NCBI GenBank assembly: GCA_048013815.1
Contig: CM106585.1
Coordinates: 11,532,001-11,596,000, forward strand
From: Setoptus koraiensis
Lineage: Eukaryota; Animalia; Arthropoda
Direction: 5' to 3'
DNA length: 64,000 nucleotides
Below the pieces are notes generated by a model. It was not told the origin of the DNA, did not search any database, and was given only the letters and a program-made list of their open reading frames with translations. A program made the translations under genes and the position numbers. Positions 25,801 to 39,455 of this stretch are shown here, piece by piece (the stretch's first letter is position 1; the number at the start of each line of letters is the position of its first letter).

Positions 25801-28800
25801 TATTTGGAAGATGCGCGAGAGCGCGTTCCGGAAGTTTTGATGGCAGCGGATGACGTTATGATGATAGGTAATGGTGAGCTTATTGTGGTGAATCAGCTAG
25901 ATCCTGGTTCTCCAGCCACACCTATATCCATTGTTGAACCTTCGGAGGTTAATCACATCAACCAGGAACGTCTTCCGATGGAAAAACCTCACATGAATTG
26001 GCAGCAACGCATATACTCTCATAAAAATCGCTTCAGTCAGCGTCTACGACCGCAAAATCAGCCCTCGGTCTCGAATGATAATGAAATAGAGTTGACCGAG
26101 GTGCTCAACGAGTTACCAAATGAGAACCAGGTCTATCCTCAAGACATCGAAGTGGATTCGAAAAACGAGACCAACATTCGCGCACTGCTTCCGCCTCTTC
26201 CACCTCCACGGGGATCGTCTATGAATAGCAAATATCACTGTCCTTCAACTAAAAACGACGGATACCAAGGAGAATATCAATCTACAGTCAATGATCACTC
26301 GGATACTTCACCAGGATTGAAACCATCTTCCATTGATCTGTCTAGCACGCAAGATAATTATAATAATAATTCTAGATTAAGCATAACTAAGTTGTGCCCA
26401 ACTAATGATACACAGAATCTATCAAATCACAGTGCTAATCGAAGATATCGAACATCCAATGTTAGCAACTCCTCAACAGAATCGGCAACAACTACTGGAA
26501 CAAATTCTTCTTCTGGAGCATCGATGGATACTGACGATTCAGTCGACTTAGAAAACTATTATTTCAATAATAAATTGAATTTATTAGAGCCTACATTGGC
26601 TGTCATGGAAGCTTTGAGGTCATCTGAAACGAGTGGAAACAGCAGTGCTGCATCAACTCTATACGATACTTCACTATTATCGTGTTCTTCGTCAATCTTG
26701 AAAGCTAATTCTAGAGAAAATTCAGCGAGGCATCCAGCGCCTCCAGTTGTATTGACGAACACCAATCTAGGAAATTCTCTTACAGTTCTAGATAGTCAAA
26801 AAGATTCTGCAACTAAAATTGACAATATTGATGGTCAATCTATAGTTGCCTTAGAATCTATTGCTGCACCGCCTACAAAAGAGACCAAAGATAAGAGTAC
26901 AGATATCAGCGGAAGCATGACGGCTGAATCTGCTATAGCAGAACCAGTCTTATCAGATATTAATTCGAAAGTAGTTTCCAACGTGCAGCAGAAATCTGTT
27001 GAACTTCCTCGTCAAATCAAGACTTCTTGTATCAATTCAGTAACTAATTATCGACAACGCACCATGCCAACTACTAGCATAATCAACCATAGAAATCATA
27101 GAAGAGTGTTCTCATCATGTGACAGTTCGATTGAGCATCAATGTGCCGATTGTGATCAATTTATCGATATAGATCATTCGGTGGTCATAAGTGGCGCCCT
27201 AAAGTTACAAAAGCAAAGAATGGAGCAATTTGGTGATATCCCGAACGACGACATCGATCAGCAAACAAATCTTTTGAATTCCTATCTTTTAGTCCGTCCT
27301 ATTGTCTGCAAATCGTGCGAAAAGAAACGAGTGGAGCGCAAGGAAATAATATCAGAATTTGTAGACACAGAACTAAAGTATGGAAGAGATTTGAAGATAA
27401 TACACGATGAATTTTTTACACCTATGCAAATTGCTGGTCTATTGAGTAAGGATCAGATCAACGGTATATTTTTGAACTTACAAGAGTTGATGTTAGTTCA
27501 CAGTAGGTTTGCTGAAAAACTAAAAGACTCGGTAAATTATGCAAATGACCATGGTGACATTGATTACACCACGGTTAATATCGGTGAATTGTTTTTGAAG
27601 AGTGCCGAGATGCTTCATGCCTTCGAATCTTATTGTGTCAGGCAAGGGACTGCGGCATGTCTATTGGCTCGCCTGGCTAAGGAAAAAGAGTTACTAAGGA
27701 TATTTCTTCGTGTTTCACAAATGGAGAATACTCTTCTACGCAGGATGAATTTAGCTGCCTTTTTAATGGTGCCAGTACAACGTGTCACTAAATATCCCTT
27801 GTTACTCAACAGGCTATATAAAGTCACAGCTTACCATCATAAAGATCGTGAGGCTCTTAGGGACGCACAATTAAAAGTAGAGCTCCACCTAGAGCATATA
27901 AATCAACAGACGAAGGGAGTCGGAGCAACAACAAAAATTTGGCGTAGAATAAGCAATTTATCGGCTGCGTCTAATCGTCGCCTTACGAACGCAGAAGATA
28001 TAGGTCATATTAAAATTCGAAAGGTCTGTATAAATTCTTAGAAACGCAACATGCTGAGCTAAATTGATCTTATAACAAAATATTCATGCCTAACGTATCT
28101 CTTTCTTTATTACAGGCCGCTATTGATCTGCTTAAATGGGAACGAGATGAAACTCAATTCGTACACTCTGGTAAACTCCATTTTTCACAGATCACAGAAT
28201 TCGTATCAAAGCAAAGATCAGGAAGTAGACCACTCCGATATATGACAGCTCACGCTCTACTGGTTGTCTGCGGCAAGCCCAATCACAAGTATAGACCGGA
28301 TCTAGTCACATCATCAATTGACCATAAACTTATGTTTACATGCAACAACAATGGAATAGAAGAAGCTGCTCTATTATTGATGCGCGAAAAAAACGGCAGA
28401 TTCATCCCGTGCAGGGTGAGTTGAGAAGATCTAGAACTGTTTGTTATCTTGAATGCTTAATTTTCCACTTAATACTAATATTGATATTCTTCCTCCGTAT
28501 ATCGCTAAATCGTCTATTCTTAGGAGGCCCTGTTTCTCAGCAACTGTGTCTTGAGTAATGATTGCAGCACTTTCAATGACACATGTCAAGCTCTTTCTTC
28601 TTCACAATCAACAATGAATACCTCATCGCCTGTACCAATGATCTCAGCGTGTAATCAGACAAGTATTAAATTAACAAATGTTTCACCTTCGCAATTTCAA
28701 GAGTTTGCTTTCAAGTCGCCGAGTGAATTCAATACATCGGATAGCTCGGGAAAAAGTAACTCGGCTATCAAAACAAATACCACTATTCTAAATCAACTCA

Positions 28801-29240
28801 TACGCTCAAGTAAGAGCAATCAGCAGCATAGCTCCACGCCAGTAATTATGGACAGCGGGAAAACCCAGCAAGCTATCTGCCAGTCATCATCAGCGATCTC
28901 AAACTCGACTTCGAAAACCAAGCTTGGTGCTCACAAGCAATTATCCCCCAGCAACTCAAATTTTAATGCTTCGAACGGGCTCTGTATTAATGGATTATCG
29001 AACGGCAATCAAAACCATCTTCATCATTTGAATCATCACCATCAACCCTATGGAGATTACCAAGAATCTTTCGAATTACATGAGCGACTAACAAAAGAGT
29101 CAATTCTATTCAAGGCTGATACCCCATTGAAGACTAGATATTGGTTGCAGCTACTTAGGTACCATGCCAAGGATTTAGGTCAGTGGAGGCGCCGTAGAAA
29201 TGGACTTGCTAACATAATGATGATGAGACAGGATAATTGA
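22885..29240 (+). CDS. Dbl-family RhoGEF (DH-PH) with ~1500-aa low-complexity N-terminus; exons 22885-28023, 28116-28415, 28524-29240 (2051 aa)
   Basis: DH motifs ERKEIISEFVDTELKYGRDL and LMVPVQRVTKYPLLLNRL, preceded by CxxC...CxxC. Phase-0 introns 28024-28115 (GTCTGT..TACAG) and 28416-28523 (GTGAGT..CTTAG) join the three ORFs in frame. PH-like end ILFKADTPLKTRYWLQLLRYH. Confidence 0.88.
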
Positions 29241-29466
29241 TTAGATGTACATAGTTTACAAAGGAATAAAGATTTTACACAATACACTATTTTAATGAAT
29301 ATTGAATTTGACAACAGCTAGTTTTATATCTGTGAACCCGCTCTAACCTTCGTAATTAATGATCGGATGAACAAGGGTTTTTTTAAAACAATTTCAATCG
29401 TTCTGTTTGTTTCCATAATAATTACAATTTGTGTCATATAAGAACAACTTTTATTTAATCAATCGG

Positions 29467-31530
29467 CTACGTCCGTACTCCTTTCCTTTTGGTATTAGAG
29501 GCGGAATCTATGATGGCTTTCAGACACTTGCCATATTCTTCTAATAAAATATGTTCCAATTCTTGACCTGACAATTTGTTGGATTCAGCTCTTTCAGCTT
29601 GAGCCAATAAACATTGACATGTGGCTTGAATGACATCATTGTTGACAAAACTACAAGCTAAAATTCCATCATTTTGATTTGGCTGGATGGGGAGTTTGGG
29701 TTTGAAATCATTAGAAAACCAGTTAGACCGAATCGTGTTGGAAGTATGCGATGAATTTCGTGGTGGATCGGATGAGTCTGCAGCTAGGTGCATCAGCGTT
29801 TTTCTTTCGAAACTTTCTTCGTAATTTTTGCAACCACAACATTTGCATAGATTTGAACATAAGATTTTGGCCTCGTAGCATTCGCAATAATTCTTAAGGC
29901 AGCCTGATCTTTTGCAATTGCAACCTTTGGTGTGTCTTCTTTCGATGGCGTCAGCAGCCTCACCTGCTTGCATTCTGACTGCCTTTCCAATCTTTGGGTG
30001 GAAAGCTTGAGGGTTTCTCTCAAGGCACTGCCGGATGGCCTTTTGACGGTCTTCTTCGTGGGATAGATTATTGAAACAATTATTACAATTGCATCCGCTA
30101 CAGAATTCTCCATTTGCAAAACAATCACAATATAACTTTAAACACTGGGATTTAGTACAATTACATGGTTTACGCTTTTGTATCTCTGAACTATAACCGG
30201 AAACATTAGCTGCCTGAGTCTTCAAGCTTCCATTTGTAACACTCTTGAGCGAGATTGAAGATGACACAGAGGTCGATAGTTGTAAGTTACCAAGAACAGA
30301 TGTTATCCCAGACTTAGTGGGAGATCCAGTCGTCAGCATTAACTTTACACCCCCGGTACTACCAGAGAATGCGCTGGTTGGAGCTATGGGTATGTAACTA
30401 GTGGTTTTAGGTGCAATCATAGGTGTACCAGGTTGAGTTATTTGTACAATTTGTTTGTTGCCACTGCTTAGGAAGGTTGTGCCGGCTTTCGTTTGTAAGA
30501 AGCCGGCAGGCAGCATAAATAGTTGACCTGTGGTTGCACCAGACTTTGATGGTGAAGTGCCGGGTAAACTGGTTGTAAAAACAAGTTGCTGCTTCGGAGA
30601 GGACGAATTGCCGTTTGCTTGAGCTCCTCTTAATGTCCTTTGAACTAAAGGTGTGCTCGATGAAGTTCCTGCCTTGCAGAATGTAGTACCAGGAGGAAGA
30701 ACAAAAACTTGAGGAGTGGTCCCGGATGAGCCAGGAACCAGTGTGGGACCTTTGGATGTTGATGAAGTACCTCTCATTCCTTGGGAGGTTGAGACGGGCT
30801 TTGCATAGCTCAGGACTGCTTGGCCCGATTTCAATCTAGGATCACTGTATGTGACATGACCAGAGTCTCCAAGTATGATCTGCCTGATTGGACTTTTGTG
30901 AACTTTGTATTTATCCTTGCTAAAATTTGCAGAACCTCGTGCATGCTTATTAGAAGCATCGCCCTTGCCGACTTGGGATCCTGTTGGATGCACGATAATT
31001 TTGTGCGGTATGCTGATTTGTTGTTGTTGTTCTTGGGGGAGTTGTTGTTGCTGTTGTTGGTCTTGTTGCTGCTGCTGCTGCTCGTCATGTTTTTGTTGCT
31101 CTTCATTGTCTAGAGATTTTTCAACAACAGGCTCATCGATACTAGTGATTTCTTGCAACGTGATAGCAGTGGTCCCACATGACGAAGATGGTTGCTGATG
31201 TAAGATTATTTGAGCGTGTTCACCTTCAGAAGTTGTTACAATTGTGGTTGGTACTGAGGCATTGCCACCAATTAGGGGTAAGGATGAAGTCGAAATGGAA
31301 ACTTCATTAGCAACATTTTCGAAAGCAGCTACGTCTACATCGGATAGGTCAAAATGTGTCAAGTCAAAATAGTCTAAACCAGTGGCCTGGATGTCCTCGT
31401 CTTGTTGTTGTTGTTGGTGCTGTTGCTGTTGGTCCTGTTGTTGTTGGTGATGCTGATGTTGTTGTTGCTCTTGGTCTTCTTGGTGTTGCTGTTGCAATTC
31501 AAGCTGTTGCTCTTGTCTATCCTCATCCAT
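29467..31530 (-). CDS. lin-54: LIN-54/Mip120 tesmin-family CRC-domain protein (DREAM/MuvB subunit), intronless, 687 aa
   Basis: Two CXC domains KPCNCTKSQCLKLYCDCFANGEFC and KGCNCKRSGCLKNYCECYEAKILC with hinge RNPQAFHPKI; C-terminal EEYGKCLKAII; poly-Q N-terminus. Confidence 0.95.
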   Translation of the reverse strand: MDEDRQEQQLELQQQHQEDQEQQQHQHHQQQQDQQQQHQQQQQDEDIQATGLDYFDLTHFDLSDVDVAAFENVANEVSISTSSLPLIGGNASVPTTIVTTSEGEHAQIILHQQPSSSCGTTAITLQEITSIDEPVVEKSLDNEEQQKHDEQQQQQQDQQQQQQLPQEQQQQISIPHKIIVHPTGSQVGKGDASNKHARGSANFSKDKYKVHKSPIRQIILGDSGHVTYSDPRLKSGQAVLSYAKPVSTSQGMRGTSSTSKGPTLVPGSSGTTPQVFVLPPGTTFCKAGTSSSTPLVQRTLRGAQANGNSSSPKQQLVFTTSLPGTSPSKSGATTGQLFMLPAGFLQTKAGTTFLSSGNKQIVQITQPGTPMIAPKTTSYIPIAPTSAFSGSTGGVKLMLTTGSPTKSGITSVLGNLQLSTSVSSSISLKSVTNGSLKTQAANVSGYSSEIQKRKPCNCTKSQCLKLYCDCFANGEFCSGCNCNNCFNNLSHEEDRQKAIRQCLERNPQAFHPKIGKAVRMQAGEAADAIERRHTKGCNCKRSGCLKNYCECYEAKILCSNLCKCCGCKNYEESFERKTLMHLAADSSDPPRNSSHTSNTIRSNWFSNDFKPKLPIQPNQNDGILACSFVNNDVIQATCQCLLAQAERAESNKLSGQELEHILLEEYGKCLKAIIDSASNTKRKGVRT

Positions 31531-31612
31531 GTTTTGAAATTGTACCTTTGTTTAATCGAATAATAAGTAGGTAAATGAAGACAGATAATAATAAAAGTCT
31601 TTCGTATCTAAT

Positions 31613-31633
31613 TTCAAATTTTGAAAATTTGAA
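31613..31633. promoter_or_regulatory. Cluster of three CHR-like TTYRAA motifs upstream of lin-54
   Basis: TTCAAA 31613-31618, TTTGAA 31620-31625 and 31628-31633, about 85-100 bp upstream of the ATG. The context is AT-rich, so chance is possible. Confidence 0.3.
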
Positions 31634-32007
31634 TTTTTACGCTAGAGTGCATGTGTACATGTCGCTCTAGAGTGTGCAATGCACACACGAACAAAGAACT
31701 GGCGATACTCGCAAATAGTCGAAGGGGATGACACATAATGGAAATAGCCTGAATAATGGGGAAAAGAACCTCGGTTTTGCAGCTGCTGTTCAGTTTGTGC
31801 AAACGTACACAAGCGCATGTACACAAGCGCAGTGCGCGTTATTTTAACGGTGTGCTTTATAGATGTCCACATCCGGAACATACAAATTTACACAGTTTGC
31901 GCGGCACAGTGAAGATAGCAATATAGCATGGGATTCAATACGGTTCACAAGTTACTCACTGGCACGCTGTGCCCAGCAAAGTACGAACTGTGCTGACAAA
32001 ATCTGTC

Positions 32008-32015
32008 GCGCCAAA
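32008..32015 (-). promoter_or_regulatory. E2F-like site TTTGGCGC upstream of lin-54
   Basis: gcgccaaa on the + strand, about 480 bp upstream of the lin-54 ATG. Confidence 0.25.
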
Positions 32016-32739
32016 AATCCAAGCATTGAGAATTGAAAGAGAGCTCAGGTGCTGCCACCCAGAATAATCGGAGTGCTTGCACAGGGCGCTTTGATTGGCT
32101 GCTCTCCCTTATTCAGAACAACGGTGCAAAAGAAAGCCGCTAGGCGCGCTTGCGAGCCCTTGAATTACACACAGAAGCCTGAAGGGTGTCGTCAAATGTT
32201 TCTATTTTTTATTGCTATGCGCCACATGGAGTAGCTATGCCGGGCCCATCATGTATTGCAGAAATTCGTTTAATCTGAACGAACTGCACTTTTAGCGCAC
32301 CGCATGAAGAAAGCATAGCAGCGCCGCCCTCGCGACAGATTTTTGTATCTATTTGCTTCGGAAAGCAATCGCGCAACGCACTTAGCCGGCTTCCATAGCA
32401 TTCGAAAGCGATGCATTGAAGAGGTTGCGCATGAAGTCGTGTTACCATCGTGTCCCACTCCAAGCAAAGCGCAGAACGAAACGCAGACACGACCAGTCGC
32501 GTGAAGGAGGCCGCCAATTTTTCTCATCATCAAGTTGGATATTACTCCGTAGAAGGAGATAATTGGCGACGAAATGTTCATGACACGAGGCGAGAGATTA
32601 TACTACATTTGTAGGTGCTCTTGACCACAGAAAAGGCTTCCAGAAATTTTGGTGTTTAATTTATTTGATTATCAGGATATACTACAAAAATAATACTTGT
32701 ATTTATCGAACTGCTAGGACGTCATGATGCGTGACACGT

Positions 32740-35700
32740 TTAGAAATAATTGGTAGCCTCGTGAATTTGTTGTAGATCAGATAATATACGATCTGTGGTT
32801 GTACCAATCTTTTTTGTTATCTCACTCTTTTCTGAAACCGATAAGCTCAAAAATCTGTATATAAGATCTCCATCGAGGATATTCCTACATGGGTTACTTA
32901 GTTCTCTTCGGGCCTGCTTAATGGCTCGCCAAGCTCGTGGATTGAGGCCTGCGTTATGAGGTAGCGCATTGGTCATGTCGTTTTGTAACATCAGCAATCG
33001 TCGATAAACTTTCTCCGACACTGGTAATAAAAATCCTATACCGCCATCAAGTGTGCAAAACATAGTTACATGCTTGTTGCGACTTATCTCTGACTGAATT
33101 GGATCATTTGTCAACGAGCGCGGTATCCTCGCCCTCAGTCTGCAAAAACTATTGATGTGAGAGCCCAAGTGATAGTCTGCAACTCGTAGTAATTTCGTAC
33201 CACCTAGACTCTCTCTCATCTCAGGCTTGTGGGCATAAATGATGATGTTCTGATCGGCGTCCGACAAGACAAAATTCAAAATTGAGTTATCTATAGCAAA
33301 GTCGCAGCTATAAACTTCCAGAGGCCTTGTATCTCGACTAACTAGGGATAGAGTTCTAGTCTCTTGCTGATATCTTAGCAAGGATACAGATTTACATATA
33401 TCGCCAACCACTATTAGGTTTTTAACACTAATTGCGCAATTAGTATATATTTGGGTGTCAATAAATGCTATGCCTACCAATTGATCTTCTTTCAATTGCC
33501 ACAAGTATATTTTTTGACCTACAGCACTCAATAGAAGCCCACATACTTGACACAACGTTGATACCGGTCCTTTCTGCTCTTGACAATAAACTTTTTTGAT
33601 TTTGTTCTTAGTCAATGGTTTGTCTGGCTCTGGCACAACTTCAATCAAATCCAGTATCCAAATTCGTCCGCGATTAGAGACATCTTCACCATAACAACAG
33701 ATTGTACTCATGGCAATGTAACCTTTCAATCCGCTCGAAGTACCTTCAGAAGCTAACATGACGTTCTTTAGTGAAGTCACATGCTCCCATTCATCCAACT
33801 CTATATCAGCGTCTGCATTTTTATAGCGGAGAAAATAAAATCATTAATATCTACGATTAAATTCAAGACTAGACACAAAAGATACTTGTTAGATAATATG
33901 ATAACTAAGATAACTAACCTGGTACAATATCCCAATCTTCTGAATCAAAAAGTTGCAACTTGAATTTTTCTTTAGTCGGAGGTATGTAACCTTTCTCTCT
34001 ACGCAAAGGTTCGATCTGTTTGCTATCAGGATCTCCACCAGTCTTGACAAGTTTCTTGCATGGCTCTGGCTCACTCGTGACAACACAAAAAACTTTTCTC
34101 TCCACATGATAATTTATGAAATGAACAGTCTTTTTGATATTGATTTTACGCATCGGCCAATCTGTATCGTAGTTAAGTTTGGGATCAAGTCGAGATACCC
34201 TCAACTCGTCGTTTTCGTTATAATAAATGAATCCTTGAGGGCATTTCAGATCATTGTAGGGAGTGAAGCAATATACTGCTCCATCGGCGGGCATTTCATG
34301 AGATCTCAACTGTCCTCTGTGAGTCATTATGAACCAATGCGGCCTAGGTCCACAGAGGAATACACCATCAAAACCATTTATATTTCGGAATGACTTCAAC
34401 CAATGTTTTCTCCTACTCCATCTGTTACGATCAGAACTAGATCTATCTTGCACTGACCTCTGCTCGTGGATGTATTTCTGTTGCTTTCGTCCAGACTTAT
34501 CATTGGTTATGGATGGCTTAATTATATTCGATCCCAAACGAATGTCAGTTGCCTGTATTGTACTCAGAAGTAGTGTCTGTATTTTTCTAAATCTGATAGA
34601 TAGATGACCTTCGATGAAAGTGTCGTGGTACTCGAACGCTTCATACACAACCAGCTCGGTTTCGAATCTAGCGAACAGAGTTGGTCTACTGTTGAATAAA
34701 CCCATACCATCTACCAAGATTTCTTTTGTAGCTGGAAGTTTCGCATCAGTGTGAATACTAGGATCATTAGCGAACACTTGCACATTGTCAATCAATACAT
34801 TGGCAGCATTGGGAAAATTTTTGATTAAATAGACCAGTTTAAAATCAGGGACGCTGTAAATTTCGAGTATCCCACGTTCATCCACTATGAACAACCAGTA
34901 TCTTATATTGGTTTGTTTAGCATCATGAAGAGTATTATATATTTTATCGTCGACCGAAGTTGAATTGATATCATCAATATCACCTTGATCAACATTGTCA
35001 CCGGTTTCATCATCTGTTTGTGCTCGTTCAGTTTCTAGATGTTGTTCAGAGGGCTTTGTTTCAGTTCCATATAATAGCTCGTCTTCATCTTCATTCAATT
35101 GGCCAGAGATAAGTGCAGAAAGCGCATCACTTGCAGATGTTTTTGTTTGCTCTCTTCTAGGAGAATTTTGAAGATTATCACTGTTCGTTTCAGGCGCTGC
35201 CATCGTTGGAACATTTTCATCACAGCCGTATATATCAAAGTCGTCTAAATTTGAACCCTTGTTGAATGGATCATCGAACACTATACGTTGATTGTCATTC
35301 TCCACTTTTTGTGAGCTACTCTTCCTTTCACCAGAAAATTTGAAAAGTCCACTTGTGTCTCGGTATAGACACATAGCGACTATTCTGGGCCTACCGGAGT
35401 TTTCTACTTGTTTAGATAATTTAAGTATGGCTTTACTTTTGGATGTAGGAAGAGCTGGTGTTTTGCGCAATTGATCCCCCTCTAGTAATTCAAGATAGTA
35501 GATGGAACCGTTCCTTGATAGCAAAACTATATGCGGGTCAGCCAGAGATGCCAGATACAGCTCAGATTTATCAACTCCTTCCAGTCTTATGAATTGTAGC
35601 TGGGTGAGCCCGTCTAACAGTCGAACTCCAGAGGGGCACACTTGTATAGTTAAATTATCTTTACCAATGTTTCCTGCCAGTATAGTGGGAGTTTTAGAGT

Positions 35701-38380
35701 CGAAGCCGCTAGAACCCAACTCTTTAATTTCTTCGCCTAGTTGATATATCATTGTAGAATTTTCTCGACTAAGTATTAAATGCGCATGTGGATTGTAGCG
35801 ATAACGAAGTTGCTTGATGGATGACAGATCAGCTTGATCAGTGTGTTTGAGAGGTTTACCCCCATCCTCAACTGCGATACAATTTTGAGCGTCTTCAGAA
35901 TATGAATCCGTGGTGATATCAACAAATTGCTCAGTCATGCTAGTCTTGGACGAACAAACTGTCCACATATCATAGCAGCCATGCAAATCAAAAGTATCTA
36001 AAATCTTAGGTTTTATAGTCCTTTGATAGACGCATATTGAACCATCTTTATCGTGTCCAGCGGTTGTGATCAATTCAACGTATGGATCTTTAGCATCATG
36101 CGGCAACGTCTCTGAAATTTTCGGTGCTTCAGCATAACACATTCTACCGGCTGGGCTTGTACAGGTAATTTTATCACAATAGTCTAGATGATAATAAGTT
36201 GATGGCTTATTCCTATCATCATTGGCATCGTTCGCATTTGGATCCCAGCCAAATGTTTTCAATATTTTAGTTTGGCTTCCTGGTTCATCGTCTTTATGGT
36301 TTTCGCCAAGCGCTAGATGATTGTCATGGCATTTCTCATTTTCTAGTTCATCACCTTCTTTATTGAATCCGTTGATGTTACTAAACAAATTTTGATCTAT
36401 ATTCTGATTTTCTTGGTCGGAGTCGATTAAAATCTTCTGTTTCTTCGTGGGCGGACCATAAAGTTCGAATTCTTCATCTTCAAGAGGCTGTTCCTTTTCT
36501 TGAGTTTGCAAGTCACCAAAGTTGTGCTCATCGGATTCGTTTGGAACAATTGATTTGTCCTGTATCGATCCGGATATGTCACTTGTTTCGTCTATTATCT
36601 GAGCATCCATCTTAGGTAGTCCGTTATCTGCATTCAGATTCATTTGTTTTTCTCCATCCATGGAATCAGTAACGGATTCTTGTTTATTCAGGCTGTTGAC
36701 CTGTGATGGAGAGCTCTCATCGGAGGAGATCTTTGACACTTCATCATGTTTGAGGATAGGTCTCTTAGATATAGGTCTCTCGGTGAATTTTAATAACACT
36801 GAGTCGCCGAGGTTCGATCCAAGAAACAAGAAACTATCTTCGCATATAGTAACACAGCTTGTTTGGACACATGATGCGACCTTATCAAAATGAAAACTTC
36901 TTATACAACGCATACCATCATTGAACAATGTTACGATATATATGTCACCATCTTTCAACAAGATCGCGATCCTATTAGAGCTAATGAAAGTGGCTTGACT
37001 AACATCTAAACTTATATTAACATAATCTTGTTCTTTTAAAGGAAAGGCTGTACTATCTTTTGTAAAATTATTTAATGATACACCATAAGCTGGAACGGAT
37101 TGGTTAAGGTAGATAAGCTCATTTACTCCCAGTATTACAACACCGCCTATAGGTTTAGGTACAGGTAAGATCCTTTGACAATCATAGGGTAAATTATTAA
37201 CAGTCCATATTATAGGTTGTAAACGCTGTTGAACATTTAAAGATAATGCTACCATTGAAAATGTGTCCTGGCGAACGGCTACACGTCCAGGCCATGTCCT
37301 AATCGGTTCATATAATATAACAAGAGTGGGTTCGTAATAGTTGTGCAAGAATTGAATATCGACTATATTATCGATCTTTTCACCACATAATTCTTCACTA
37401 AGATCAATTTTATAGCTGGCCATGACAGGCGACCTGAAAGCATTTGGCTTAGTGGGCGTTAGAGCAACAGCTTGTTTAGTTTGCAATTCGGGTTGAGCAA
37501 CATCAATATTTGAGGTAGGCAAATTATTAAGGTTACTTCCCGGTTCAGATTTGATGAATCCTGGGATTGTTGTTGGATTGTCCACGCCAATGGGCTCTGG
37601 AATGGTTACACTCCTATCTTCTAAGTCGGCTGCATTATCTGCTGCTGAGTTATTATTGTCGGAATTATCAAGAGATTGTTTTTGCCCTAAAGTTTGAGAG
37701 GAGTCAAGATCGGCTACTTCTTGGATGCTATCTTTATAGAAAGGGATTACAACGACATGCCTCCCATATACCAACATTGCCGCACATCTATCTTCTGGAT
37801 CTATTCTTACGAGTGGGTCATTGGTATAATTGGTTGTATAGCCATCTTTCATGGATTCATCATCTTCAAAATATTGTAATGAAAGTGTTTTGAGATCGTG
37901 TGTGGTAGAATCGTATTGTACAATAGATAATTTTGCATCATGAAAGCTTATTACCAGTGAATCACGCTTAGAATCACTACCCAATTTAACGCTTCGCAAT
38001 GAGCCAACATTTCCATAAAGCTCAAAAGATTGGAGCGACTCTAATCGCACTTGTTGTTTCAATGGTTTGGCAGATTTTCTTTTGTTAATTGTCGGTGTTG
38101 ATGTTTGCGGTCTTGAATGTTTAGAATTAGCCTCATCATTGTAATTATCGTTTTTAATTTTCTGTTGAGTGTCGTCATCTTTAAGATTAACAAATTTTTG
38201 GCCATCCACAAGGGCTTCATCATCGTCGTCGTCATAACCTAAATATTTGACTATCCTATAAACTTGCAATCTATTCGCACCGGCCACAACTAAATTTGAT
38301 TCTTTATGGTTGTAGAAATTACAATAAATACTATGATTAATGCATGTTGATGGATGAGTGGTCCTACAAATGGAATACAT
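32740..38380 (-). CDS. CPSF1: Cleavage and polyadenylation specificity factor subunit 1 (CPSF160); exons 38380-33919 and 33812-32740 (1844 aa)
   Basis: N-terminus MYSICRTTHPSTCINHSIYCNF; motifs HDLKTLSLQYFE, RIDPEDRCAAMLVYG, GVFLCGPRPHW, KGPVSTLCQV, GLNPRAWR, LDGDLIYRF. Phase-1 intron 33918-33813 (GTTAGT..TGCAG, 106 nt) joins DIVP-D-ADIELDEWEHV in frame. Confidence 0.97.
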
Positions 38381-39455
38381 GACGGCGTCTAAATATCGCT
38401 GATAAAGTAAATTATCTCATGCATAAATTTGTTGGAAACCACAAACAAATAATAATAATAATATCAATAGTGGTAGTAGAAATAATAAATTAAACGAAAC
38501 AGATAGATAGAATTCATTTCATTTCATTTGTGCTATGTATATTTAAGGCTCCTCCGTATGATCTATCAATGTGCTTCTAGCTGACACCCCTAGAATACCC
38601 TTATAGTACCCGCACAATACCCTCTGCGTCGTGCATGTGCACTGTGTTGGTGCGCTGCCCGCTAGATCAAGGATGCGCGGAGTGTTATTAGTTTATTCAA
38701 CTATTGCTAACAGAATTGTAGCGCGCATTTCTAACCCCTCGCTTTCTTTCAAAAGAATCAACATGGAGCATGGTTGTGGGGGGGAGGGGAGGGAGAGATC
38801 TCGTGTGCATTGGCCAACAGTGGCTTGTAATAGATTCATCTGTGAATTTTCCCTGTATTGATTCACCAGCCGGCATGAAAATCAAGTAAACACGTGCATT
38901 TCAAGCACCACGGTGCCGGTACATCGCTGCCTGGCTAAAGCCTTGATTTTTACTTTTGAACTAAAATCTCTACGCCAGCCTTTCATTCCCCCACAGTTTA
39001 TTGATCTATATTCAAATATTTGGGAGGCGTAATTATTCGGATCATCACAAAACACATTATAGACCGTCCAATATCTAGCATTAGAGGGCATTGCATAACA
39101 ATAGAGGCGAGTTACTTCAGTTCTTCCTTATGCAACAATGAGGACAATTTGGACTTGGATCTACTATTCTACACATTTGATATTTTTTACAAGGCCGGAA
39201 TGAAGCCTGTAGCATTAGGCACCATCTTGAACTTTTCGAATGTTAAAATTCCTGTAAACAATGCGAACGAACAGCAAAGGGAATCTTCTCGAACAATTAC
39301 AGCCAAATCTGAGACTGACTCGAACGCTCGTGAGTGATTGCGAATCTATAGATTTTATGACAGACAGATTTATTGAGCTTTTGTCTGCTATCGATGCGTC
39401 GGATAACTTGCTGTGTCTTCCATCCTAGTATAAAGCTTGAGTCAGTTCGACGCGT

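Noticed and set aside
31900-32640. Coding-like sequence between lin-54 and CPSF1 with several ~60-100 aa ORFs
   Set aside because: All frames are interrupted and I could not match any to a protein or to another part of the window; a translated search is needed.
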